A stretch of 63,035 bases of DNA, filler included, from Stramenopiles sp. TOSAG23-3 (taxonomy: Eukaryota), in NCBI GenBank assembly GCA_900128585.1. It is 12 parts of 12 records of this genome, joined end to end, with 100 filler letters (N's around TTAATTAATTAA, not from the genome) between each part and the next. Parts side by side here need not be neighbours in the genome. Positions count along the whole stretch, not along the records: positions 1 to 6,540 come from LT643296.1; positions 6,641 to 13,179 come from LT643297.1; 10 more parts are not named here. One strand, given 5' to 3'. Of the stretch, positions 1 to 10,600 are shown one piece after another. The position numbers and the translations under genes were made by a program. Below the pieces are notes generated by a model. That model made no database searches, was not told where the DNA came from, and saw nothing but the letters and a program-made list of their open reading frames with translations. How positions within the stretch are numbered: position 1 is the first letter of the stretch; the number at the start of each line of letters is the position of its first letter.

Positions 1-858
1 CTTAAAAAGTATAAGTGCCGTGCTCCAAAGGGAAGGAAAGAAGTCGGCATCTCGGGCGTCTGTAGGACTTGTGCAAATGCCGAGCGAAGTGAAGTTGGGA
101 ACGCTAGACTGAGAAATGAAATACTCGGCGAGGGCAGTGGAAGCAAGGCAGGGGGCAGTGATGGCGGGGTCAAGGGGGGTGGCGGCGATGGTGGCAGCGG
201 CCGTGAGGATGGCAGTGGTGGCAAAGGTAGCGGCGAGGATGGCAGTGAGGATGGCACTGGCGGCGAGAGCGATGGTGGCGACACTGTTTCAGCAACAAAC
301 CCTGATGCCCCGGGTGCTGGCGGCGAGCAATGCAGCAGCAGCAAGGGTGGTGGAGGACCAATGTACATTTTGGTAGCGAGCCAAGGCTCTATTGGTTTGA
401 TTCCAATTTGTACCGAGGTTAGCGGCAAAGGTGGCGGCAAGGATGGCAGCGGCCGTGAGGATGGCAGTGGTGGCAAAGGTAGCGGCGAGCATGGCAGTGA
501 GGATGGCACTGGCGGCGAGGGTGGTGGCGAGGATGTCAGGCTCCATGGTAATGGCGAGGGTGGAGGACTTAGGTATGGTATTGGAGGACAAATGTACAGC
601 TTGGCAGCGAGCCAAGGCTCTATTGGTTCAATTCCAATGTGTACAAAAAAAAAGAAAATCGGCATTTCTAGCAATAGCAATGATGAACAAGGGAATAGCA
701 TTGATCAACATATCGAGAAACATGATAGTAGCATTGTGCAACATAAATATAACGACGAAGAGCAACATAATTGCTCCCATTGTCTTCTTGCATTAGTCCT
801 AAGAACTCCGATGTATTTTCCATTTCAATGTTGTGCATATGTAGTTTTTGGCGCATAA
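1..858. CDS. Partial low-complexity coding region, strand ambiguous: Gly/Ser/Asp/Glu-rich on + (1-858) or Pro/Ser-rich on - (701 to <3)
   Basis: + frame 1 is open from base 1 to the stop at 858. A - strand frame is open from ATG 701 off the window edge (SPPPSPLP..SPPPSPPVPSS). There is an internal duplication of about 230-250 nt. Confidence 0.35.
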
Positions 859-1458
859 TCACATTATTGTGTAAAATTTAGTAAACAGGCACACAACATG
901 TAATTTTGAGTTAGTACACCTTTCTCTGCTAAATATAACTATATTTATTTCCTATCATAGAGTATACAGGAATTGTGCAGAACCGGAAATAGTGTGCACG
1001 TTAAATGAATAATAAAATCACCAATTTTTAAATTAATAATTACTACAGTAGTACTACTAATCTGAACTTTTCAGTTATATATTTTAATACACAGTATATA
1101 ATAGGTTAAATTATTATATTAAATTTATTAATACTGTAGTAGATTATGATAGCTATAAAATACGGAAGAAGAAGAAGAAACTCAAAAAAAACCTCACAAC
1201 CAGCAACCCACATAGGGCAGTGTACATTGTACAGGTAGGTACAGTGACAACAGACAACAACAACAAGCAATCTCAAACCGTTACCAACAACTGCATCCCG
1301 ACCATTTCGGCCCAATAAACACGACAGCTTCGACAACATATTTCCATACTAGACGTCGTGTAACTCAACTAGAAAAAAAGAAAACCCGACGAGACAATCT
1401 TATTTTCGCGCAGACGCTTAACGGCAGGTATGACCAATGTCCCCTTAAACATTTCGGA

Positions 1459-4400
1459 ATGCAATCGGTGAAAGAAAGCCGTTCTGGAAGCCAGAATTTG
1501 GACGAAAATAGCAGCCTGTCGATTTTGACGAACGGCGACTACGCTGAAAGCAGTGTGTCGTTCGAAGGTGCCTCCACACTTTTTGACGACGGGTTAGAAT
1601 TTTCTGTCAGCTTTTCTAATTTTATAGACCATACGTTGGAACTGGGAAGAGACGAATTGGCGTTTCGGAAGGTTAGAGAGGCATTCAATGGCCGACTAAC
1701 GAAAACCAAAAACCCGAACCAGACTGCCCAAGCTGCCGCTCTCGCTTGTTTGAGAATTTCCGGTGAGGTCTTCCGATGTTCGGGACTCTGCAGCAAGAGC
1801 CGGTTGCTGCCTTATATAATCGAAAATGCTACAAGTAGGCCTAACGCGGCAAAAATGGATATGTTCAAGCGAGTGTGTGCCATTTACACGATTTTTAATG
1901 CTATTCGCAACAGCAAAACTGCTGACAGTTTGTTAAAACACAGAGTATTGCCCTTGCTGACGAGTTGGGCTTTTACATCTTTTGATGCAGATCATGATCA
2001 TGCCACCGCTGAAATGAGTTGGCTGTATCCCCTTCTCTCTGGGGGGCACGTCGATAGTTCGAAATGCGGAACGGTCCCGCTAAGGGTACCACGGGAGCAA
2101 GTTAAGAATAAAAGCATACCTTCCCTGGCAGCAATGTCCATCGAGTCCCTAATTTTACTATGTAATACAACGGTGATGTGGGACAGCCAAGTAGAACGCT
2201 TTCGATTTTGTCGGGACGGCGGTCTCGAATGCCTCCTGCGGGTAGTGGCAGAAAACAAATGTAATATAAACCTAAGGGATTCCGTGTTAAAGGCCATCAA
2301 GCAGTACAGCCTCAACGACTTAATACGCTTTCGCTCCCACTGCACATTCACTGTGCCACCGAGCGATAAGCTCTTGCATTTTTACAACCTGTTGAAGCAA
2401 GAGAAAAAGCAGGAACTATCGGTAATCGAAGAAAAGAAGAAACTTTATGAACAGGCTACTCGCGATAAGAATGACCACAGCCTGAATATTGCAAAACGTT
2501 TGAGAGCTACTGCCTTGCATGCTCAGGTAGAAGTTCACAAGAGCGTAAGCGTAATCCCGCTCCCCGTGCCTCGTTCCAACACACTGCTGCCGTGCCTTGA
2601 GCATAAGTCGGATCCACCGTTTATTTTACCCTCCGAAATGGTCACCAGGATGAGCTCCAAGTCCGAGATAAAAAAACAGATGAAAGCACGCGTGTTGCGG
2701 ACAGCAAGGGCAGACGCCGCAGATGCGATTGCAAACAGCAACGTGGCGGAGCTGCGGGAAATTTTAGAAAACCCAGAGCTCCCCTATCGCGAACGCTTAA
2801 AAAATTCAAAGAACTTAGAACTGGCGACGATAGAATCAGAAAGTCTCCACCGAAAAGCGTTGGTAGAAGAAGCCAATCAAACAACCATGGACGTCTTAGA
2901 AAAACTGATAACATTGACACTTGAACAAACACACTCTATCACCAATCAGACGAGTGACATAGAAAAAGTTCGACACGATATAAACACACATGAAATACGA
3001 AAGCTCCATGCTACGAAGGCTCTTGCGGCAGCCAATGTACTGTCAAAGTGTGTTGACGACGAAGTACACAGCCTGTATTTCGCAGCTGCGAGCAGGAAGC
3101 ACGAGCTGGTTGCAACGGTAACCGATACGAAAAATACGTTGCAGTCGGACTACAATTTGTGGAAACAGGAGGCAAGCGAAGCTCGGGCTTTGATTGCTGA
3201 GAACAAAGAGCTTTTGGAAAGTTTTACCAGTTCATTGGATAGCCCAGACGACCTTCCAAGGGCGATGGCGAAAAAAATTCAAATGATCCGTGATGGTGTG
3301 CTGAATGATGCCATGGTTCACTTGAAAGAAACCGAGAAAAAGTTGAATTTTATAAAACCATTTGTGGACGAAGCGTGTGCAGAGTACGATGCCGCCATAA
3401 AACGCACTGAAATATCGTTTCTGTCAGAAGAAGAGACGCGCATGTACACTGCAGTACAAAAAAATAGAACCTACGCGACTATGATGGAGTTGGCTACACA
3501 GGCGTCTGTCCAAGCCGAGTCGTGCATGCTAGAAGCGCACCAGTACATCAGTAAGCTCTTTGTACGCGCTGATCACATGGATAGCGAAGTGCAGTACTTA
3601 ACCCGTAAAATTATAGGGCTGGCACGCGATTCCATCAAAGGAGCGTTCAAAGCAGCGAATGCATATGGGGCGATAAGGCATTTCAAAGCGAAAACGCTGC
3701 TTTATGACGCCGAAGAAAGATTTAAGAACGACAAAGACATAGACGCGGACCTCGTGTTTTTGCAAGCGTACGAAGCGAAAGTTGTGCAATCGGAAGCCGA
3801 CATGAAAATGTTTGGTTTAAAGGGGCTCGTTCGTGCCTTGAACAGCTACGAAAACACGTGGGAAAATATGCCAGATTCCTATATATTCAATCCTACCTTT
3901 CTCGACTTGAAAGAAGATGATTTGAAGGATCTACGAAAAGAACGGCAGCTGACTGAATCGGCATTGGAGTTAGCGGTTGCAACCGGGAAATATGCTGCCG
4001 CATGTTGCCGTTTAAAGCAGTCGAAAGCAATAGCAGAGAAGACTGAACAGGACAAACGAACGGAAGGTCACGTCAATTTTAAAGCGGACCAGTCTGTGAT
4101 TAAGAAAGCAAGCCTTGATGTGCTTCTAACCAAATGGGAGATGGAATACCATAGACGAGATTTGGCCTGCATAAACTACGACCAACTACTCGCATTTACT
4201 AAAGAGAAAAACATGGATTTTAAACACATTGATGCCAGCGACCGAGAAACCAAGCGAATGAAGTTTAAATTGAGAACCCTTGCCCGATCAAAACAAAAGT
4301 GCAACGAACAGTTTGCCACCGTTGCCGCGGAGAAAATCATGTACGAAAATGACAAACCGTTCATGAGTTGGGCAGTGCTACGAAATCGTTCAGGCAAAGC

Positions 4401-5754
4401 ATTGCTGCCGCCGAACAATGATAGTAAATCTATCGAACGGCTGCAAACGCTGTTTGACGCTGCCAAGGAATCCAACCACGTTGCTCTGGACTGTCGTCAT
4501 GCGATGATCGATTTGGACATGGAAGAAGCCGATCTGCATAAAAAATTACGTGCTTCGAAAAATGCCAATGATCTGTTCACAAAGGAGCAGATAATTGCCG
4601 TGGAAGGAAAGCTGAAAATTTTTCAAAAAAAGTTGGACATGGAAAACTGGCAATACGTGCAGTATCACAAGTTACTGAGCGCACAATCCCGCATTTTCTA
4701 TGCCCGGGATCTGCTGCAGAAGATTGCAGAAGGAAAACTATACACATCGCGCGCAACGGAGCGAGAACGAAAGAAACACGAGGCCGAAAAGGAAATAGAA
4801 CTGTGCGACCTAACTGTAATAAAAGTGAACAAATCGATCAAAGAATACAGAATGGGGGCTAACGCAACGGAAGAGCAAAAAATGCGCACTGAGTTAGAGC
4901 GACTGCGGATCGCGCGTATTTTGGAACGTGAACGAATAGCAAAGGAGAAACAAGAGGAAGAGAGGAAGAAACAAGAGAAGGCCGAAAGGATTCGGTTCTT
5001 GGAGTTGCAAAAGATAGACGCAAAGAGAAAGCACGAGGCCGAGCTGGAAGAAAAGAAGCGAGCAAAAAAGGCCAGGCACGACGAAGAAATTCGAAAACAA
5101 GAAAACATCGCGAGAAAAAGACACGAACATGCCATGGAAAAGAAGCAGCGTGAACTTGAGCGGAAGAGAAACGAAAAAGTTAGAAGGGATCACAAGATTC
5201 AATTGCGCCATGAAGAGTCTGAACGAGTGCTGGCCAGAGTGGAGTGCGCAAAGCAGGCAAAAGAGGTAACTGCTAAAATCATCGGTGCTTTAATAGCTCG
5301 AGTGAACAATGTCATCGATAAAATTGAAGCAAAGCGCAGAGAAGAACGAAAGCAAGAAGTTCTCCACCGCAAAAAAATGATTCGTGAATGCAAACTGTGG
5401 AGCGAGGAGTACGATGACAACGGGACATTGTACTACTTAAACTACCGGACCCAAGAGCGAATATGGCAGGAGCCTGAATGCTGGGGTTTCGTTGCCGAGT
5501 GGGAGGCAAAAAAGGCCACCGAAGCCGCTGCAGAACAAGGTGGTCACTACGACGACCAAGGGAATTGGATCGATACATCCAACGGGTACCAAGAGGAATG
5601 GCCTGTGGACGAAGGCGGTGGTGAAGAAGGTGGGTATTACGATGAAAATGGGGCATGGGTTGATACTGCTGGTGCTGACGCCGGTTATTACGACGAATAT
5701 GGTACCTGGGTCGAGGGCGCAGCAGACTATAATGTGGCAGGATACGATTATTGA
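1459..5754 (+). CDS. 1431-aa protein: helical/ARM-like N-terminus, long coiled coil, WW domain, acidic aromatic-repeat tail
   Basis: Single long ORF with an E/K/R-rich coiled coil. WW-like LWSEEYDDNGTLYYLNYRTQERIWQEP at 5395-5475; GxYDxxGxWV repeats at the C-terminus. Confidence 0.85.
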   Translation: MQSVKESRSGSQNLDENSSLSILTNGDYAESSVSFEGASTLFDDGLEFSVSFSNFIDHTLELGRDELAFRKVREAFNGRLTKTKNPNQTAQAAALACLRISGEVFRCSGLCSKSRLLPYIIENATSRPNAAKMDMFKRVCAIYTIFNAIRNSKTADSLLKHRVLPLLTSWAFTSFDADHDHATAEMSWLYPLLSGGHVDSSKCGTVPLRVPREQVKNKSIPSLAAMSIESLILLCNTTVMWDSQVERFRFCRDGGLECLLRVVAENKCNINLRDSVLKAIKQYSLNDLIRFRSHCTFTVPPSDKLLHFYNLLKQEKKQELSVIEEKKKLYEQATRDKNDHSLNIAKRLRATALHAQVEVHKSVSVIPLPVPRSNTLLPCLEHKSDPPFILPSEMVTRMSSKSEIKKQMKARVLRTARADAADAIANSNVAELREILENPELPYRERLKNSKNLELATIESESLHRKALVEEANQTTMDVLEKLITLTLEQTHSITNQTSDIEKVRHDINTHEIRKLHATKALAAANVLSKCVDDEVHSLYFAAASRKHELVATVTDTKNTLQSDYNLWKQEASEARALIAENKELLESFTSSLDSPDDLPRAMAKKIQMIRDGVLNDAMVHLKETEKKLNFIKPFVDEACAEYDAAIKRTEISFLSEEETRMYTAVQKNRTYATMMELATQASVQAESCMLEAHQYISKLFVRADHMDSEVQYLTRKIIGLARDSIKGAFKAANAYGAIRHFKAKTLLYDAEERFKNDKDIDADLVFLQAYEAKVVQSEADMKMFGLKGLVRALNSYENTWENMPDSYIFNPTFLDLKEDDLKDLRKERQLTESALELAVATGKYAAACCRLKQSKAIAEKTEQDKRTEGHVNFKADQSVIKKASLDVLLTKWEMEYHRRDLACINYDQLLAFTKEKNMDFKHIDASDRETKRMKFKLRTLARSKQKCNEQFATVAAEKIMYENDKPFMSWAVLRNRSGKALLPPNNDSKSIERLQTLFDAAKESNHVALDCRHAMIDLDMEEADLHKKLRASKNANDLFTKEQIIAVEGKLKIFQKKLDMENWQYVQYHKLLSAQSRIFYARDLLQKIAEGKLYTSRATERERKKHEAEKEIELCDLTVIKVNKSIKEYRMGANATEEQKMRTELERLRIARILERERIAKEKQEEERKKQEKAERIRFLELQKIDAKRKHEAELEEKKRAKKARHDEEIRKQENIARKRHEHAMEKKQRELERKRNEKVRRDHKIQLRHEESERVLARVECAKQAKEVTAKIIGALIARVNNVIDKIEAKRREERKQEVLHRKKMIRECKLWSEEYDDNGTLYYLNYRTQERIWQEPECWGFVAEWEAKKATEAAAEQGGHYDDQGNWIDTSNGYQEEWPVDEGGGEEGGYYDENGAWVDTAGADAGYYDEYGTWVEGAADYNVAGYDY

Positions 5755-6540
5755 TGGTGGACTCAGAAAAATCAGAATCATCCCTCATTTTTCAACAATA
5801 ATTGGGTTTTAACATTAATACAGCATTAGTGATATTACAATATATATAATCGCCTTAAAACAGTGCTAGGATAATGTATTTATTTGTATTCTTATACACT
5901 TATATAATAAAGACTAAAATAAAAATTCTTCTTTTTTCTCCATGGTTTAAGGATTTATATATAAAAGACTCTATTTGTAAAAAATGGGGGATTATTTCCG
6001 ATTTTTCTGAGCTCTGAGCTCTGAGCGCAAATTTAATTGTTTATATTGTAGTTGAAAATATTAAAATATAATAAACACAGCATAGCAGTAAATATACTAC
6101 TACAAGGCAATTTTAAATCGATTATTTTTTATAAAAAAAAAAATCTTTTTTTTAAAAAATAACATAGTCACAGGATTGTTCCTCGAATTCGCTCTTCAAC
6201 ATTTTTTTTTTATTTTTTTTATTTTACCCCCTCCCTCGCTCTTCCCTCGTTCCTCCTCCAACAAGCTAAGCTCAACACCACCATTTCGGTACGGGTACGG
6301 GTAACCCTGCTGCTGCTGCTGCTGGAGCCCGACGAATTAGAACTGTCTGTGCGGTTCCCCGTGACGACCGCAAATGCGTACAGAATATAAAAAAGAAATA
6401 CACAAAGATAGAAAACAAACAATTAAAAATAAAACAGTTATAAAACTTAAACAGTTTAAATTTCAACACAACCACCCAGCCAAACAAACAACAGCAGCAG
6501 CAACTACAACAACAATGCGAAGAGCACTACTTTACTCCGC

Positions 6541-6640
6541 NNNNNNNNNNNNNNNNNNNNNNNNNNNNNNNNNNNNNNNNNNNNTTAATTAATTAANNNN
6601 NNNNNNNNNNNNNNNNNNNNNNNNNNNNNNNNNNNNNNNN
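6541..6640. other. Artificial contig linker (N44-TTAATTAATTAA-N44). Identical linkers at 13180-13279, 19811-19910, 26436-26535, 33057-33156, 39674-39773, 46282-46381, 52889-52988, 59491-59590, 60673-60772, 61855-61954
   Basis: Each is a 100-nt block with a six-frame-stop 12-mer in the middle. Segment lengths are 6540, 6539, 6531, 6525, 6521, 6517, 6508, 6507, 6502, then 1082, 1082, 1081, consistent with concatenated size-ordered contigs. Confidence 0.98.
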
Positions 6641-6675
<35 letters not shown>

Positions 6676-6720
6676 GTCGAAAGAAAGAAAGAAAGAAAGA
6701 GTCGAAAGAAAGAAAGAAAT
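6641..6720 (+). repeat. (AAAG)n microsatellite at contig start
   Basis: Tandem AAAG units with two GTCG interruptions. Confidence 0.95.
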
Positions 6721-7661
6721 TAATGAAAAAATGAAGAAGAAAAAAAAGAGGGAGAAAGAAGAAAGAAGGAGAAGCCTCTTCTTCTTCGTAAATTGAGCTG
6801 AGGGAGGAGAGGCATCCTCATACATTTATTAAAATACAATAGTATATAAATAGCAGGTAATAGAATCGTTTTGATTTTGGTGACGCACCGATTTATTTAG
6901 CATTTTTATTGAATTCATTTTCATTTTCATATTCATTTTAAAATAATATATAAGTAATGAATAAAATAACAAATGACCATTTAACTAGACTATTAATTAC
7001 ATACACGACTAATTGCCACTAATAATGCATTCGTATCATAGTTATGTGTATGTATATTATACTCATAAATATAGTATAGTCTAAATAAGAATAAGTACAA
7101 ACTGTCGTAAAGAAAGAAAGAAAGATAAAAAAATATTAAAATAAAAAGATACCGTACTACTCTATACTATCTACCTGTTTGAACTTTAAACATTCTTCTG
7201 GTGTACGCATTATTATTTATAGTACCTGTGAAGAAAGAAGAAAGAAGATAGAAGAAGAAGAAGAAAGGAGATAGAAGAAGAAGAAGAAGAAAGAAGACCA
7301 CCTCCTCCTCTCTTTCTTCTTCGTTCTTCTTCTTCTTAATATTATTACGCTTTTTAATAATAATAAGTTCACACATGATTCCTATATGTGTGTACATTGG
7401 AGAGAGAGATTGGGACACCTACGATTCTAATTATTATAACAGAACACAAACATATTTTAATTATAAACTTATATTTGTAGGATCATAGAAGTTAGGACAA
7501 CCACACTGAAAGAAAGAACGAAACAAACAATTGCAAAGTCTTTCTTTCCCTCTTAATTCAACAACCAAGTGCGCGCGTGTGTAATATAGATAATTGTTTT
7601 GTCGCTGCAGCAGTTGAACAACAACACCGCCTTCTTCGCAGACCACCTTTTCCCGTCAAAA

Positions 7662-10600
7662 ATGCTGTCCAGGGCGGCACGGCAGGTGCCCAAGCGCACG
7701 AAAAAAATTCATGCATCGGCTTTTTACACAAACCTTGCAAAACGAACGGGGCCCCTTCGGGCCGTTAAGCCGGACCCAACGACCGTGGGCGCGTCCACGT
7801 CGGGGACGAAGGCCATCTTGGAGCTGGAGGACGGCTCCAGCTGGGTCGGGACGTCCTTCGGGTACGAGGGGGACACCTTTCATGGGGAGGTCGTCTTCAA
7901 CACTGGGATGGTCGGGTACACGGAGAGCTTGACCGACCCGAGCTACCACGGGCAGTTTCTTATCAGCACGTACCCCCTCGTCGGGAACTACGGGGTCCCG
8001 GGGGCCGCCCCCAAGGACGAGCACGGGATTCCGCTCAACATGGAGAGCGACAGAATATGGGCTGCCGCATTTTTGGCGCAGGACTACACCCACGCGCACA
8101 GCCATTGGAACAGCGAAAAGTCCCTGTCCCAGTGGCTCGTAGAAGAAAAGGTGCCGGGGATATATGGCCTCGACACTCGGGCGATTACAAAGCGCATACG
8201 GGACAAGGGGGCGATGCTGGCCCGGATACGCTTTGACCCGGACATGTACGGGGCCGCGGAGGCCGGGGACGCCACGTTTGAAAACCCAAACACGAGGAAC
8301 CTGATCGCCGAGGTGAGCAACGACAAGGTCCGCGTGTTTGGAGAAGGGAACTCGGTCAAGATCCTCGCCGTTGACTGCGGGATCAAGAACAACATGATAC
8401 GGCACTTGTGCGACCGGGACTGCGAGATCAAGGTCGTCCCGTGGGACCATGACATCACCAAGGAGCCCTACGACGGCCTGTTCCTTTCGAACGGCCCCGG
8501 GGACCCGGAAATGGCCGCCACAACGACGGAGTTCGTACGGCAGATCGTTTCTGGGGAGGCTGGGGTGAACCCGAACCACCCAATATTTGGAATATGCATG
8601 GGGAACCAGCTCTTGGGAACGGCCGCGGGGGCAAAGACGTACAAGATGCCCTTCGGAAACCGCGGGCAGAACGTCCCCGTCCTCAACCTGCTGACGGGCG
8701 CGTGCACCATAACTCCCCAAAACCACGGGTACGCCCTCGACGCGGACGCCTTGCCCGACGGCTGGGCCCCCCTCTTCGTCAACCGGAACGACGGGACCAA
8801 CGAGGGAATTTACCACAAGGAAAAGCCCTTCTTTAGCGCGCAGTTTCACCCCGAGTCCAGGGGCGGGCCCACGGATACGGAACACTTTTTTGACCTGTTT
8901 GTAAAGATGTCCCGGGAGAAGGCCGCCTTTGGGAGCGTCGGCGCGTACTTTCAAAAGATTAGCGAGAAGCGGGTCGAAAAGCCCCCGATGCCGAAGAAAG
9001 TCTTGATGCTCGGGTCCGGCGGGCTGTCGATCGGGCAGGCCGGGGAGTTCGATTACAGCGGTTCCCAGGCCATCAAGGCGCTGAAGGAAGAGGGGATCCA
9101 CACCGTTCTGATGAACCCGAACATTGCCAGCGTCCAGACCAATTTGGAAGGCGAGCAGCAGGCCGACACCGTGTACTTTATGCCAGTGACCCCGGAGTAC
9201 GTCGAAAAGGTCATCGAAAAGGAGAATGTGGACGGGATCGTCCTGTCGATGGGCGGGCAGACGGCCCTGAACTGCGGGGTAGAGATGTACGAGGCCGGAA
9301 TCTTCGACAAGCACAACGTGCGCGTCCTGGGGACGCAGATCGAGGCGATCATGGACACGGAAGACCGCGACCGGTTCTCCCAGAAGCTTTCGGAAATCGG
9401 GGAAAGCATGGCGCCGAGCTTGGCCGTCAAGTCCGTGGAGGCCGCACTGGAGGCGGCGGAGACCATCGGGTACCCTTGCATGATCCGGTCCGCGTACGCC
9501 CTGGGTGGGCTCGGCAGCGGAATATGCATCAACCGAGAGGTCATGAAGGACATGGCGGCCAAGGCGCTGGCGACGTCGCCGCAAATTTTGGTCGAAAAGA
9601 GCATGCTTGGGTGGAAAGAGCTCGAGTACGAAGTCGTCAGGGACTGCGAGGACAATTGCATCACTGTTTGCAACATGGAAAACTTCGACCCCTTGGGCGT
9701 TCACACGGGCGACTCGATTGTCATTGCGCCGTCTCAGACCCTGTCCAACGACGAGTACCACATGCTCCGGGAGGTCGCGCTGAAGACCGTTCGGCACATG
9801 GGGATCATCGGCGAGTGCAACATTCAGTACGCCCTCCACCCGACGTCCAAGGAATACTGCATCATCGAGATCAACCCCCGGCTTTCCCGGAGCAGTGCCC
9901 TGGCCTCCAAGGCCACGGGGTACCCGCTGGCGTTTGTGGCCGCAAAGTTGGCCCTTGGGCACGAACTGCCCGACTTGCGAAACAGCGTCACCGAGACGAC
10001 GACGGCGTGCTTCGAGCCCTCGCTCGACTACGTTGTTTGCAAAGTGCCGCGGTGGGACTTGGAGAAGTTCGACCTAGTGTCCCGCTCCATCGGGAGTGCA
10101 ATGAAGAGCGTCGGAGAGGTCATGGCAGTGGGCCGCACGTTTGAAGAGTCCATGCAGAAGGCCCTGCGCATGGTCGATGGCAGCGTCGTCGGATTCGACG
10201 ACCACGGGTACGTCCCAGAGTCGGACGAAGAGCTCGAAGGCCGGCTCATCAACCCGTCCGACACGAGGATCAACGCCATTGCGTACGCTTTGAAACACGG
10301 CTGGTCCGTGCAGAAGATTCACGATTTGACGGACATCGACCCGTGGTATTTGCACCGGCTCTCTGGCATCATCGAGGCTGGGAGGCGCGTCGAGGCCGTT
10401 GGCACGCTGCACGGGCTGAAGAAGAGCGACGTGAAGCGAGCGAAGCAGCTCGGGTTCAGCGACGCCCAGATCGCGTCCCGTTTGCAGTGCGGGTCGCACG
10501 AAGACGATGTTCGAGCCGTTCGGAGGGACGAGTTTGGAATCGTCCCTGTCGTGAAGCAAATCGATACCATGGCGGCGGAGTACCCCGCCGCCACAAACTA

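Noticed and set aside
6007-6026. CTGAGCT x3 tandem
   Set aside because: Short isolated slippage repeat with no further structure.
6585-6596. Regularly spaced TTAATTAATTAA palindromes (about every 6.6 kb) as a biological repeat or CRISPR-like array
   Set aside because: Always embedded in N44 flanks; it is a synthetic six-frame-stop contig linker.
7656-9962. 768-aa antisense ORF within CPS
   Set aside because: Shadow of GC-rich codon usage on the opposite strand; no recognisable motifs.
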